A stretch of DNA of 64,000 bases, taken from NCBI RefSeq assembly GCF_016433145.1, contig NC_058132.1:111369038-111433037 (forward strand), written 5' to 3'. The stretch is from Gracilinanus agilis (taxonomy: Eukaryota). Made by a program: the position numbers and the translations under genes. The notes below the pieces were generated by a model. The model did no database searches. It had not been told where the DNA came from and worked only from the letters and a program-made list of their open reading frames with translations. This document shows positions 53,216 to 64,000 of the stretch, in pieces (the stretch's first letter is position 1; each line of letters begins with the position of its first letter).

Positions 53216-54261
53216 CAAATTTTAAGCTATAGTTCTGAGGAACAACATCACTATAGCAATTGAACCATTTTGATACTGCCAAAAGCCCCAGATCTGGCCT
53301 TCGTTACACAAATTTGGCAGCCTAGAGAAGTCCGCCAATATTTCAAGACTACAACATTTCATAATAGAATGCTTGTCTAAGTCAGTGTTGACATGGTCCT
53401 GACAGATCCATTTGGAATCACTAACAATGTTAAATAAGACTGTGTAATTGTGTCTAGTTTTATGGAATCAACTCTAAACAAATTATGAAATGGAACCAGA
53501 GATCTGGCTAAAACTAAGGTTAGGTATGGGGAATTTCCTGAAAAAAAGTTTTTTCCTTTGGTCATGCTACAAAGCACCATTGAAAAGTCTTTGCAATGAC
53601 CATTCAAAAACTTCTTTTATGGTATTACTCTGGTAGCCCATGCAGCATGATGGAGCACACTATTTTTAAAGAGTCTGTGTTCAATTCAGATTCAATTCAG
53701 TTCAAGAAAACATTTTATTTAGAACCACAAAAGACAATGCATCTCAGATCATGTTCCAGAATAGAACTGGAAAACTTGACATGTAAAAATATTTTATAGG
53801 ATAAGGCATGTAATTCTTCCAATTCTTTCAAGTACAATAATCTCAAATTTATCAAATAATTATTAAGTGCCTGCTATGTGCAAGACTGCAAGACTACAAA
53901 GATAGATTATACTTCCTAGAACTTTTTAGCTTACTAGAGAAAAGAACTGTATATTTGTACATGTGTGCATATTTTTGAAATTAGAACATGGCTGCTTCTT
54001 CCTATTTGAGTAGTTTATATGGATACTGTGAGAAGCTGGGAGCTTTGTTTCCTTACCCTTTCCTTTTAGAGGTAACCAAATGTATTTTTGCATAACATTG
54101 CCAGGGGAAGTAGAAGTATTTTTGCATAACACCTAGAGAAAGGTGGAAAGAGAATAACAATGTTTTTCTGAACCCCAAAAGAATCATTTGAATGTACTAA
54201 CTGAATAGGAGGCACAGGGTTGGGGAAATAAGATGATAAATGGGATAAACTTAACCTAAAC

Positions 54262-54708
54262 CAGTGATGGCAAACCTTTTAGAGATTGTGTGCCATGCCC
54301 CAACCCCCTACCAAGTGCCTGGCCACCCTGCCCCTCCCCCATACCCCATACAGGGGAGGGAGGAAGCACTCCTATTGGTCTGCTGGACATAGGAGTAGGC
54401 AAAGTGAGGAATGTCCTCAGCAAGTGTAGAAAGAGGGAGGGGAGTGACCTGAGAACTCTGCTCCCTTCCAACTCTGCTGCCTGTGAGTCACCCACCTTAT
54501 CTCCTCTACATTCCCTTTGGGCTACTGGACAGAGGACAGGGATGTAAAAAATGTCACCAGGCACAGTGGAGAGGGGGAGGAGAGCAGCTCTGCCCAAGTC
54601 CCTCTGCCTTTCTAGTAACAAACTCTGCAGGGGAGGGTGAAGCTCACATGCCCACAGAGAGTTCTGTGTACCATCTTTGCCACCCATGCCATAGGTTCAC
54701 TATTACTG
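54262..54708 (-). mobile_element. hAT-Charlie (OposCharlie-like) MITE, 447 bp, with 8-bp TSD
   Basis: TIRs cagtgatggcaaacc / ggttcactattactg; TSD acctaaac/tcctaaac. Confidence 0.9.
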
Positions 54709-55624
54709 TCCTAAACCATTCAGAAATGAGAAATAGAAACTTGGTCAAGCTAGGTGAGAAAGCATCCCTTAATTCATCCAAAGAGACCTTCTATGTTTAG
54801 AAAGGGTTGTGGTATGTGGATATGAAGGAACACAAAGTTTCAAGAGGGTGGGTAGATTTCAGAAACAGTTATATAATACCATCAACTGAAATATTGGTGT
54901 AAATTTATTAATTTAAATGCTAGATCCTAAAGGTAACTTGTATCAACTATAAGGAGCATTCTTCAGGTATGAAAGAACTGAGAATTGATACATTTGATTG
55001 GTGAGCCATTGTCAGTGAGATTTGAAAGAGGAAATCATGGGGAAAAGAAGAAGTAACCACAAGATTTGGGAAAGGCAAATGTTCTAATTTTCAATATAAA
55101 GAGAACAGAATCTGCAGGTTAATAAACACCGAGTTTGGCTTCAATTCCTTGGAAAATTCTAGAATGGATCATTATAGAGGTAGTTGATAAACATCTAGAA
55201 AAGGAGCTGTGATAAAAGAAGCTGGTATAGCTTCATCAAGAAGAGGCCCTAAAAAAAAAAAAAAAAAAAAAAAGACATAGCCACTGTAGGAATTTATTTT
55301 GATTGAGCATAGATATTTGCAACAGTGGTTTTGTTTCTCTTGCTTTCTCAATTAGGGGAAGAAAGTGAGATGGCTAGAAGGAAAAGCAGATTTGAAAAGA
55401 AAAGTAACTTTATTTTTAAAAAAAGAATAGGTCATTCCAGACTAACCTCATTTTTTTTGACATAACTAAATCAGTAGATGAGGATAGTGCTGTGTTTGCT
55501 TAGATTTTAGCAAAGCTTAAAAAAAAAAACTCTGCTCTTTTGTTTGTGTGTTGAGATAGAGATATGGATTAGGTGATAAAAGAATAGTTGGACTGTCAAT
55601 CCCAAAGAGTTAATGGTTCAATAC

Positions 55625-56274
55625 TGTGAAGATAGGACTAACTTTCCCCTTGTCTATTTTTAGCTAATCAAATCAGAACATGAAGTACCCCTACTTACCA
55701 TTAAGTATGTGAGTTCACAAGTCACTTGCTAGAGTAAGCTCACACCTCCAAAGGCTACTGCCAGGCCTCTCCTTTCCCCCACCCCCACAGTGCTAGGCAA
55801 ATTGAAAGACTACAATTGGTTAATTGGTTTCTGTGGAGAAGGGGGGGAGTATGTGACAAGAAGTGATGTGGGAAAAGGAGCATAAAAGAAGAGACCAACA
55901 TGATCTAGGACCATTCCTTTCCTGGTATTTGTAGAGATTGGTGAGATTTCTGCTTTGGCTTTGGAGGAGGCTGCATTGGTGGAACTCTGGCTGAAGACAC
56001 CACCAGGACTTCCGGTTGAGGATTACAGGGAAATCCATGTGGAGACTGGATTTGGGGAAGCCCCTGTGGGGGCTGAGCCAGATTTCACCAAAGAAGGGCT
56101 AGTAGGCTTGTTAGCAATCTAGTGGGTTTTACACTTTTACTCTTTCCACCTTTTTGTAAATGAAAGCTGCTAAAAGTTATTTTGATTTAAGCTATAATAT
56201 TTTAAAATCAGCGACCACAATATTACTTTTAACTCTTTTATTGAGTAAAAAAAAGCTTAAATTTAAATCTTACA
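55625..56274 (+). mobile_element. Solo LTR (650 bp)
   Basis: TG...CA; perfect TSD ATAC at 55621-55624 and 56275-56278; terminal aatttaaatcttaca shared with the provirus LTRs. Confidence 0.9.
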
Positions 56275-56817
56275 ATACTAACATGGTAGACGGTAGAGGG
56301 ATTATAAGAGAAAACTCCTGGGACCTATACTTGGGCTGATGTTTAATATTTTCATCAGTGACTTAGACCAAAAGCATATATATTATGCTTATCACCTCAT
56401 ATGCTACCAAATAGGGAGAAATAGCTAACATGCTGGTTGGCAGTTAAGATTGTTAAAAAATTATGTGGGTAGTGGAGATATATATGTAGTGATGATGGCG
56501 ATGATGTGTATCTGTCTATGATCTCCTCAGATGCAGTTGGTGGAAGGAACACCAACTCCTATCACCCTGGCTGCTGCTATAAATTATCCCCTTCTCTCTG
56601 ACAGGTTTGATTGATAACCTATTAGAAATTCCTTTAATAGCTGCCCAAGTAAGGACCCTTGAGAGGTTAGATAGATGGTTAACCTCTCCAGACCCAACCT
56701 GGGGTTGGATAGATTGGTAATGGGCTATTGATAAGCTTTGGATAATATTCAGGATCTGACTGCATATTTGACTCCCTTCCCAAGGGCTCCGATAGAAAGA
56801 CCACTCAGGAAGGTACT

Positions 56818-57371
56818 TGTTATTGAATACTAAGTCAAGGATTGGATATTGGAAACCCTATTGTTCTATTATCTATTAAACTAATTAATAATCAGGACTG
56901 GAGGCTACTAAGCTGGTGGAGACTAGAGATTTCACCCTCTGTTATCCCAGGCCAGACCTGGCCACAGCCAAGCCAGAGAATAGGGAAGGCTATTGCTGCA
57001 GATAAATATTGATGTTCTTTATTCTCTCAGCTCTCTCACCAATAGTGTTGATGGTCCACTAGCTCTCACAGTCTAGCAAGGAAATAGATTCAGGCTTTTC
57101 CTACCCTCTTCTTCAACCTCCCCGCCACCCTTCAACCACCCTTCAGCCATCCACTGCCCAGATTGAACCACAGAGGTATGCCGGTCTCAATTCAGAGATC
57201 TGAGTCCAGTTCTGAGCCTCTGAATCCAGAGACCTCCTCCAATGTAGCTGTCAGGGGTATGTATAGGGTGGGGCTAACTGGCTCACAACACCTGGGAACA
57301 TTCCAAACTCTCAACTGCCATCCCTGTCATTCAAGGTGGCATCCATCTCATCCCAGATTATGAATATAACA
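56818..57371 (-). mobile_element. Solo LTR related to 50876-51309
   Basis: TGTTAT...ATAACA termini; shared blocks (agccaagcca, ggctcaca, aaggtgg..tccatct..tcccaga); TSD poor. Confidence 0.75.
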
Positions 57372-58709
57372 AGCTTCAAAGGAATCTTGAAGATCCAAAG
57401 GGATTTTGATAGTTGAAAATATAACAATGTGAAATAGAAACAAGTGTAAAATAAACACAAAAAAAAAAAACAGCTTCTTTAGTTCAAAATAGGGGATGCA
57501 TGGTTAGTTAGATGGGAGTTGTTCTAAAAAAGATCTTGGGCTACATTAAGAGAGGAACAATCTTCAGAAACAGGGAAGTGATTGTTTCATCAAACTCTGC
57601 CCTCATCATCCCTCATTAGGAGTAGTGCATTCATCAGTTCTGAGCACCATGGTTTATTGACAAACTGATAAGTTGATAAATTGGAGAGTTAGTTGTGAAG
57701 GAACTGGTCATTGTTTGGCCTGGAGAAGGGATGATTAAGGGAAGACATGATTACTGTCTTCAAGGACCTGAAGTGCCTCCAAATGGAAGAGAAATTAGAC
57801 TTATTCTATTTGGCCCTAAAGTTCAGAATTAGGAGAAATGGTTGGGAATTGCAAAAAGGCCAATTTCAGGCTTTCTAATTGTTGTAACTGCCTAAAAAGT
57901 TGAACTGTCTTTAGAAGTGAGGAGTCTCCCCCTTTTTGAGTTCTTCAAAACCTTTTGAGAAATTTGATAATTTTTTGTTGGGTTTGTTATAGATGAATTG
58001 GACTAGATGGTGGCTGAGATCCCTTCCAACTTGATTCTTGAATAGGATAAAGTTACCAAAAGAATTAGAGAATAGTGGCAACAGAGGAGTCAGTGATTTC
58101 TGAGAATAGAATTGCAGCATTAAATAACACAAAGGAGAAACTACTTATATCTCCCCTACTAACTAGAGCCCAACCCAAGATAGTATTCTGAGTCATGGAG
58201 ACTGTATAGATCTCATAGAGGGAAAGTAGTTCCATTGAAAAGAGGAGAACACTTAACTCTTTAGATCTTTGGCTTTGACTTCTTTTTGTATTCATTGTTT
58301 TTTAAGTAAAACTTTTCTATTTAGAACCTTATGAGCCTAAGTATAGTGCTTTTAAGGAGAAACTAATAGCTACCCTTGGAAGTTATGTTATACACTGATA
58401 TTCCCATGTCCTACCTGGGTAGGGTAAAACAAACCAAATAAATGAAAGTCCCCAAAGCATATTATCATCCATATTTTCAGAAGGGAGTTTCTGTAACAAA
58501 GATGATGCAGATAACAAAAGGACTTCACAAATATTTGATATAAGAAAGAGCGACATAAATGCTACAAGAAATTGGAGAATAAATAATAATTTTCACCTGA
58601 GTGGGGAGATGGTAAAGGACATTGGACAAGCATTTATGGAGTAAGTAGTACCTGAGTTGGACCTTGAAGGAAGAGATGGACAGATAAAAATGGAGGACAG
58701 AATAGACAT

Positions 58710-58880
58710 TACATTACATTGTTCATCTTTCATTTCCAATAGAACCAACAGTATCACAGGGGTGATATCTTCACTCGAGCATGAATTGGATTTAAGTGAG
58801 GCAGAGTTGCACAAAATTGTCAGCCTCACTTTCTTTTCTAGAGTCATTGAAGCCCAGCAGCAAGACAAACATCAAGACAA
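58710..58880. mobile_element. Marsupial RTE-associated SINE fragment (Mar3/WALLSI-type)
   Basis: gaattggatttaagtgaggcagagttgcacaaa motif recalled from marsupial SINEs; accounts for ORF 58657-58950. Confidence 0.65.
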
Positions 58881-58961
58881 AGGCATGAAGAGAGTTCTTT
58901 GCCTAGAACATGGAGCATATAACAGGTATGTTATAAGACTAAAGAAGTAGATGGGAGGGAA

Positions 58962-59372
58962 AGCCAGATGGCTTAGTGCAGTGATGGGCAAACTACTACT
59001 CATGGGCCAGATGCAGAGCAGGGTGGGGGCCTGAAATGTTCTATCAACTGGCTACATTATTCCTAATCTGATGAATACAATGAGTAGGATACAATGCAAT
59101 GAAACTTTGAAAGAGTTGCCTTAGAAACAGACTGACAGATGAGCATTTCCTTTCCTTTGGCCCCCTCTTTAAAAAGTTTGCCCATCACTGACTTAGTGGA
59201 CAGAAAGGCAGGCCTAAGCATTGGAGGTCCTGGGTTCAAATTTGGCCTCAGACACTTCCAAGTTGAGTGACCCTGGACACTTAATCCAATTGTCTAGCCC
59301 TTACTGCTCTTCTGCCTTGGAACCGTTACTTAGTGTCAGTTATAATACAGAAGGGAAGGATTTTTTAAAAAA
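58962..59372 (+). mobile_element. SINE1_Mdo-like SINE split by the hAT MITE
   Basis: Head ...agatggcttagtg resumes as acttagtggacagaaaggcaggcc after the MITE. Confidence 0.85.
58979..59190. mobile_element. Young 212-bp hAT MITE inserted in a SINE head
   Basis: Perfect 16-bp TIRs CAGTGATGGGCAAACT / AGTTTGCCCATCACTG; TSD gcttagtg/acttagtg. Confidence 0.95.
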
Positions 59373-61087
59373 AGAAGTATATGAGAGCTAGAATAGAAAG
59401 GGCCCTGAGGGCCAAGATTTCCTTTTGATAGTGATGCCAGCAAACTCTTTATGCAGAAGCTATAGTCATCACCTGGAATGAGACAGAATTGCCAAGTATG
59501 TATTATGACTGTGACCCCTTCATATGGGTAGGGAACTGCAGTATCAACGGTTACTCATTTACAGGAAAGAAGGGCAAAGATGTTAGTGACTAACTGTGTG
59601 GACCTTGTTCCTATGCCACATTACTGGAGAAAGTTATTTCTAGTTATAAAAGTAAGACTCTAACCTTAGATTTATTGTAGGTCATTTGGTAGATAAAGAG
59701 AATTTAAGTCATGCATATAACACCATAAAATTGTGAAAATGGAAAAGATTAAGTTGTTAGAATGAAAGTCCTTGGAATTGAGAAATAGACATTCTTATAT
59801 TATTTATAAAATATTTACTTCCTGAGGGGATTGAATTAGCTGATCACTAAGATCACTTCTAGTTCTGATCATAGGCCCATAGATAAGCAGAAGGGAACCT
59901 CTGAGGATATCTAGTTCAATGTCCTCATTTCACAGATGAGGAAACTGGGACCAAGGGAGATTGAATGACTTACCAAGACCTGAATGAGTGGCTTTAAGAG
60001 AGAGAAGAAAATGAACACAGAACCAGACATTTGCCCTGAAGCTATAGCTAACTCTTGCTGCTTTGAACTGGAGGCTTTTGTTCTTTTGAGACAATAAGAT
60101 GTTGCAGGCATCCTCCTAGCTATGGTTCTCATCCTAAGAAGTAACAGCTACCAGACTTCAGTGTTTGCAATACCTTTCAGACTCTGAGGCTCCTGAGTTT
60201 GATTGCTGGGCAAGGTGCCAACACGCCCTTACTCTCTTCTAGAAGGCAGCTGCCTGGTGATACAGCAACAGAAAGCAGAGCTGAGAGAACCCACAAACTA
60301 TATATTCTCTGAAAGTAGGAAGTTGTAGTTTGGGAAATGGATATTAGCTACTTGATTAAATTCAGTTGAATTAAATTAAATTCATCATTGAATAGAATCA
60401 AATTCAAATTCAAATGATCATTAATTGAATCAATTTAACTGAATCAAATTCAAACATCATTAATTACCTACTATATAGGAAGAAATCAGGTTTCTATTCC
60501 TGACACTTCCATTTCCTAGCCATTTAACTTTAAGCAAGTCTTGTAAGCCACAAATACTGTTAGACAATTCTGATACTCAAAAGAAATGATATTTTATATT
60601 GTTGAACTGCCAACTCTTCATCTGTAAAATGAGGATGATAATAATATCTACATAGCAGGGTAGATGGATTATCAAATTAGTTAATAGATGTGAAAGTATC
60701 TCATAAACTGCAAAATACTATCTATTTGTATTATTATTATAATTTTTAAACTACTCCTCCCAAGGGTATTTTTTTAATGGCAACTCCTGGAAAAACAGTG
60801 CTTCAAGCCAAAGGGATAAATCTAGAATAGTAGAGATTTTTAAGTGGCCAAGGGTTTAAAACTAGCTGTAGGACTAAGATGAATTATGTAGATCAGGACA
60901 AAAACCAGTTTATGTCCAAGAATCCGAAGTATCAAAGAATACCTAATGGCTTCAGGAAAGTTTTGACCCTGGTGTCCCAAATCTACTCCATCCCTTGCTT
61001 GGTAAGAACTGATAATGGATTATCTATGAATAAAACAGACTATTATCATGAAGGGGTGATTGGAGTGAAGGAGAAAGGAGCCTTGAA

Positions 61088-61285
61088 GAGCAGCTAGGTG
61101 GCTCAGTGGATGAGAGTCAAGCCTGGAGATGGGAGGTCCTAGGTTCAACCTCAGATAACTTCCTAGCTATGTGACCCTGGGTGAGCCCCTTAACCCCAGT
61201 TGCCTAGCCCTTACCACTGCTCTGCCTTGGAACTGATATCTAGTATTAATTCTAAGACAGAAGGTAAGATTTCAAAAAAGGAAAA
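61088..61285 (+). mobile_element. SINE1_Mdo-like SINE
   Basis: gagcagctaggtggctcagtgg head; aattctaagacagaaggtaag tail. Confidence 0.9.
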
Positions 61286-61384
61286 AGAAAGGAGTCTTGG
61301 AAAAGAATGATAATGGGGAAAGACTTACAGCTATAATTAAGAGATAAAAGGAAATTGGATTCTAGAAGACATATCTCATCAGAA

Positions 61385-62825
61385 AATCACAGAACTGAAA
61401 GGGACTTCAGTAGCCAACCAATCCAAAGTACCCAACAAAGAATTTCCACTACACACCATTAGATAGATGACCATCTAACCTTTGCTTGAAGATCTCTGGT
61501 GCAAGAGAACTCTATACCTTCTGTTGCATCCTATTCTGCTTTTAGAGAGTTTTATTTATTGAGCTGGGACAGATATGTAGGGCGGGGAGTGCTTTTTTCC
61601 CCCCAACCTTCACACAGTGATCCTTATTCTGGCAACTGGAAAACAAGAACAATCCTTCTTCCACATGACAGCTTCTGAAGTATTTATTTGTAGGCAGTTA
61701 TGCTAAAGACTAAACATGCTCATTTCCTTTAACCAATTCTCATATGGCTTGGACTAGTGACCCTTTACCATTCTGGTTTTTCTCCCCTTCAGCTTACTAA
61801 TGTGCTTCCTAAAATGTAGCATACAGAGTTGAACACAATACTCTCAATGTGGTTTGACAAAGGCAGGCAAAGTATCACAGGATCATCACCCCCTTATTCA
61901 TGGAAGCTGTCCCTGTCAAAATGCAGTCCAAGATCACATTAGCTTTTTTGGCTGTCATATTATGCTGTTTATTCATATTGAGCTTGCAGGACATTCAGAC
62001 CTCTAGTTATTTTCAGTCAAACTGAAATTTCACTATAGGTCTTACAACTCATACTTAGGAAGGCAATTTTTGGAACCCGGTATAAGATTTGATATTCATC
62101 CCTTCCTAAGTTTCATTATCTTTGTTCCCAGTGTTTTCTCTAGCTATATTCAGTTTGATGTCATCTGCAAATTTGATAACAATTCCCTTTGTCCCTTGAT
62201 CCAAGTGTTTGATTAAAAAAAAAGTTAATGTAGAGTTGATCCCAGATTCCTAGGGGACTCCACTGAAGACCTTCTTCTAAGTTGACATTGAATTCTTAAT
62301 ATCTATCTCGAGTCCTGGCATTCAACCAGTTCCAGTTCTTTCTACTTGTAATATTGTATAGCCCACATCTCTACACCTCTGTTATGAAATAGCATGAGAA
62401 ACATTATCAACTGTTTGGCTAAAATCCCCATAAACTCTGTTTAAAACATCTCTCTGATATTCCAGTTTAGTTACCTTAACAGAAAAGGAAATAATTTGGT
62501 TTGGCATGACCTGTTTTGGAGGAAGCCTCCTTTTCTAGACATTTACCAGTCATCTCTTTAATAATACATTCTATAATTTTTTCAGGAATCAAAATGAAAC
62601 ACTATAGTTGCCCTATAGTCTGGAGATTCCCTTTGCTTCTGTTATTTAATAATTAAGTAATTTGCTCTTCTCTAGCCATGGTACATTTCCTATTCATGAT
62701 CTTTCCAAAATTACTCACTGACTTTCTGATAATATCTACTAGTTCTTCTAGCACCTGAGGCTGTTGTTCATCTGGGTTATGTGACTTCACATCAAGGGTA
62801 GTTAGGTGCTCTGTTACTATCTCCT
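61385..62825 (-). mobile_element. L3/CR1 ORF2 3' fragment
   Basis: Reverse-complement CR1 3' end and RT; ORF 62653-62862 (LTTLDVKSHNPDEQQPQVLEELVDII) resembles CR1 'SPGPDELHPRVLKEL'. Confidence 0.8.
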
Positions 62826-63220
62826 TACATATCTCAGGTAAGGCATATAGTATAGTATTCATATAGCCTGCAAGATATGGTTGTGGGGAGAGGTTTGAGA
62901 GCTCAAGTGGCAGCAGGGAGACTCCACAGAAGTCATAGCAAATGAAATCTAGGAAAGAGCAAGAAAGAGACCAATAGAGGAGTTGAATCAGGGAAGAAGA
63001 TTAACAACCTGTGGATTTGACATGAGTGCGAAACTGGGAGAGACTTACAATAGTAGAATACTTTGTCTGATGTGTTGTCAAATGCCTTGGCTCAAGTAGA
63101 TGCTTTGCTCATTAGAAATGGGCCATATGAATACATTTCTATTAAAACTGCATGTTGGGTGGCAGCTAGGTAGCTCAGGGGATAGAATGCCAGACTTGGA
63201 GTTGGGAGGACCTGGATTCA

Positions 63221-63513
63221 TTATATTATAAAGATATATATGTATCTTTATTATATATATATATCTTACATGTAATTACATTTATATATATAAATCTTAC
63301 ATGTAATTGCTAAGTATATATACATATATATCTTTATACATATATACTTACCAATTACATGTAATAAAAAATTTCCACATAAGCTTTCTGAAGTTATATG
63401 ATCCAAATTGTCTCCCTTCCCTCCCCCCTCCTCGAGATGGCAAGTAATTCGATCTGGGTTATACATGTATTATCATGCAAAACATATTTCCATACTGTTC
63501 GTTTTTTGTAAGA
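63221..63513 (-). mobile_element. 5'-truncated L1 3' end with AT-expanded tail, inserted in a SINE
   Basis: 16-bp TSD ggaggacctgg(a/g)ttca at 63205-63220 and 63514-63529. Confidence 0.85.
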
Positions 63514-64000
63514 GGAGGACCTGGGTTCAAATGTTGCCTCAGATGTTTCCTAACTGTGTGACCTTGGGCAAGTCATTTGCCTCATCCTTACTATTCTTCT
63601 GTCTTCAACCTGAGAAATACTTGTACGAGTTTTTTAAAAAAAAAACTGCATTTTGATTGCTCTGGTTACCTTTAAAGAAGATAAAATAACAGAGGAGACA
63701 CGTTGGAGGGTGGTGTTTCACAATGCTTCTCAGATCATACCATACAGATTGCCATCTTGATCTGTTTATGCGTAAGGCCAGCTTTCATCATTACAGAGAC
63801 TATGTGTGACCTGGGCATTCCCAGACCCTAGTGTTCCAATTGGCCTTTGACTTCCTGAGGCTACTCTGGTTCTGCCAGACAACAAGTTGAACCTTACATG
63901 GTGTGTTAGGACTGAGGCCAGACCAGCTGTTCGCCTCCCTGCATTCATCTCCTTGTAATGCTTCTTTTAATAGACTCCCAGGTTCACAGAGTGCTATTCT

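Larger units (their letters stand above)
54930..58040 (+). mobile_element. L3/CR1 RT-to-3'-end fragment split by LTR insertions
   Basis: CR1 RT sequence resumes colinearly after each insertion and ends at ...gagatcccttccaac. Confidence 0.8.

Noticed and set aside
58657-58950. 97-aa ORF considered as a possible endogenous viral element
   Set aside because: Spans an L2-like remnant and a marsupial SINE; no viral motif.
1-64000. tRNA genes, CRISPR arrays and prokaryotic defence systems
   Set aside because: tRNA-like A/B boxes are all SINE heads; there is no regularly spaced repeat array; the DNA is mammalian.

Overview
Vertebrate genomic DNA, most likely a didelphid marsupial (opossum). This rests on opossum-type SINE1_Mdo-like and Mar1-like SINEs, abundant L3/CR1, L2, MIR and L1, and OposCharlie-like hAT MITEs, all recognised by eye without a database search. 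The window opens in a CpG-island promoter (1-~850) carrying a YY1 motif and clustered (G)TCACGTGAC E-boxes; I cannot name the gene. The rest is intergenic or intronic and repeat-dense, with two N gaps. No full-length protein-coding gene is recognisable, and nearly all listed ORFs are incidental. The best-supported structure is a ~5.8 kb class I (ERV1-like) provirus at 46971-52782. It has paired LTRs, a decayed tRNA-Arg PBS and two nested solo LTRs, and a reverse-transcriptase fragment sits inverted immediately after the PBS, flanked by an ACTTG duplication. Other points of interest are a phase-compatible chain of candidate minus-strand exons at 1.6-4.5 kb, several hAT MITEs, a recurrent ATAC/ATAG LTR target site and a 179-bp local duplication. 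I see no firm evidence of a wholly new biological system; the findings are leads.
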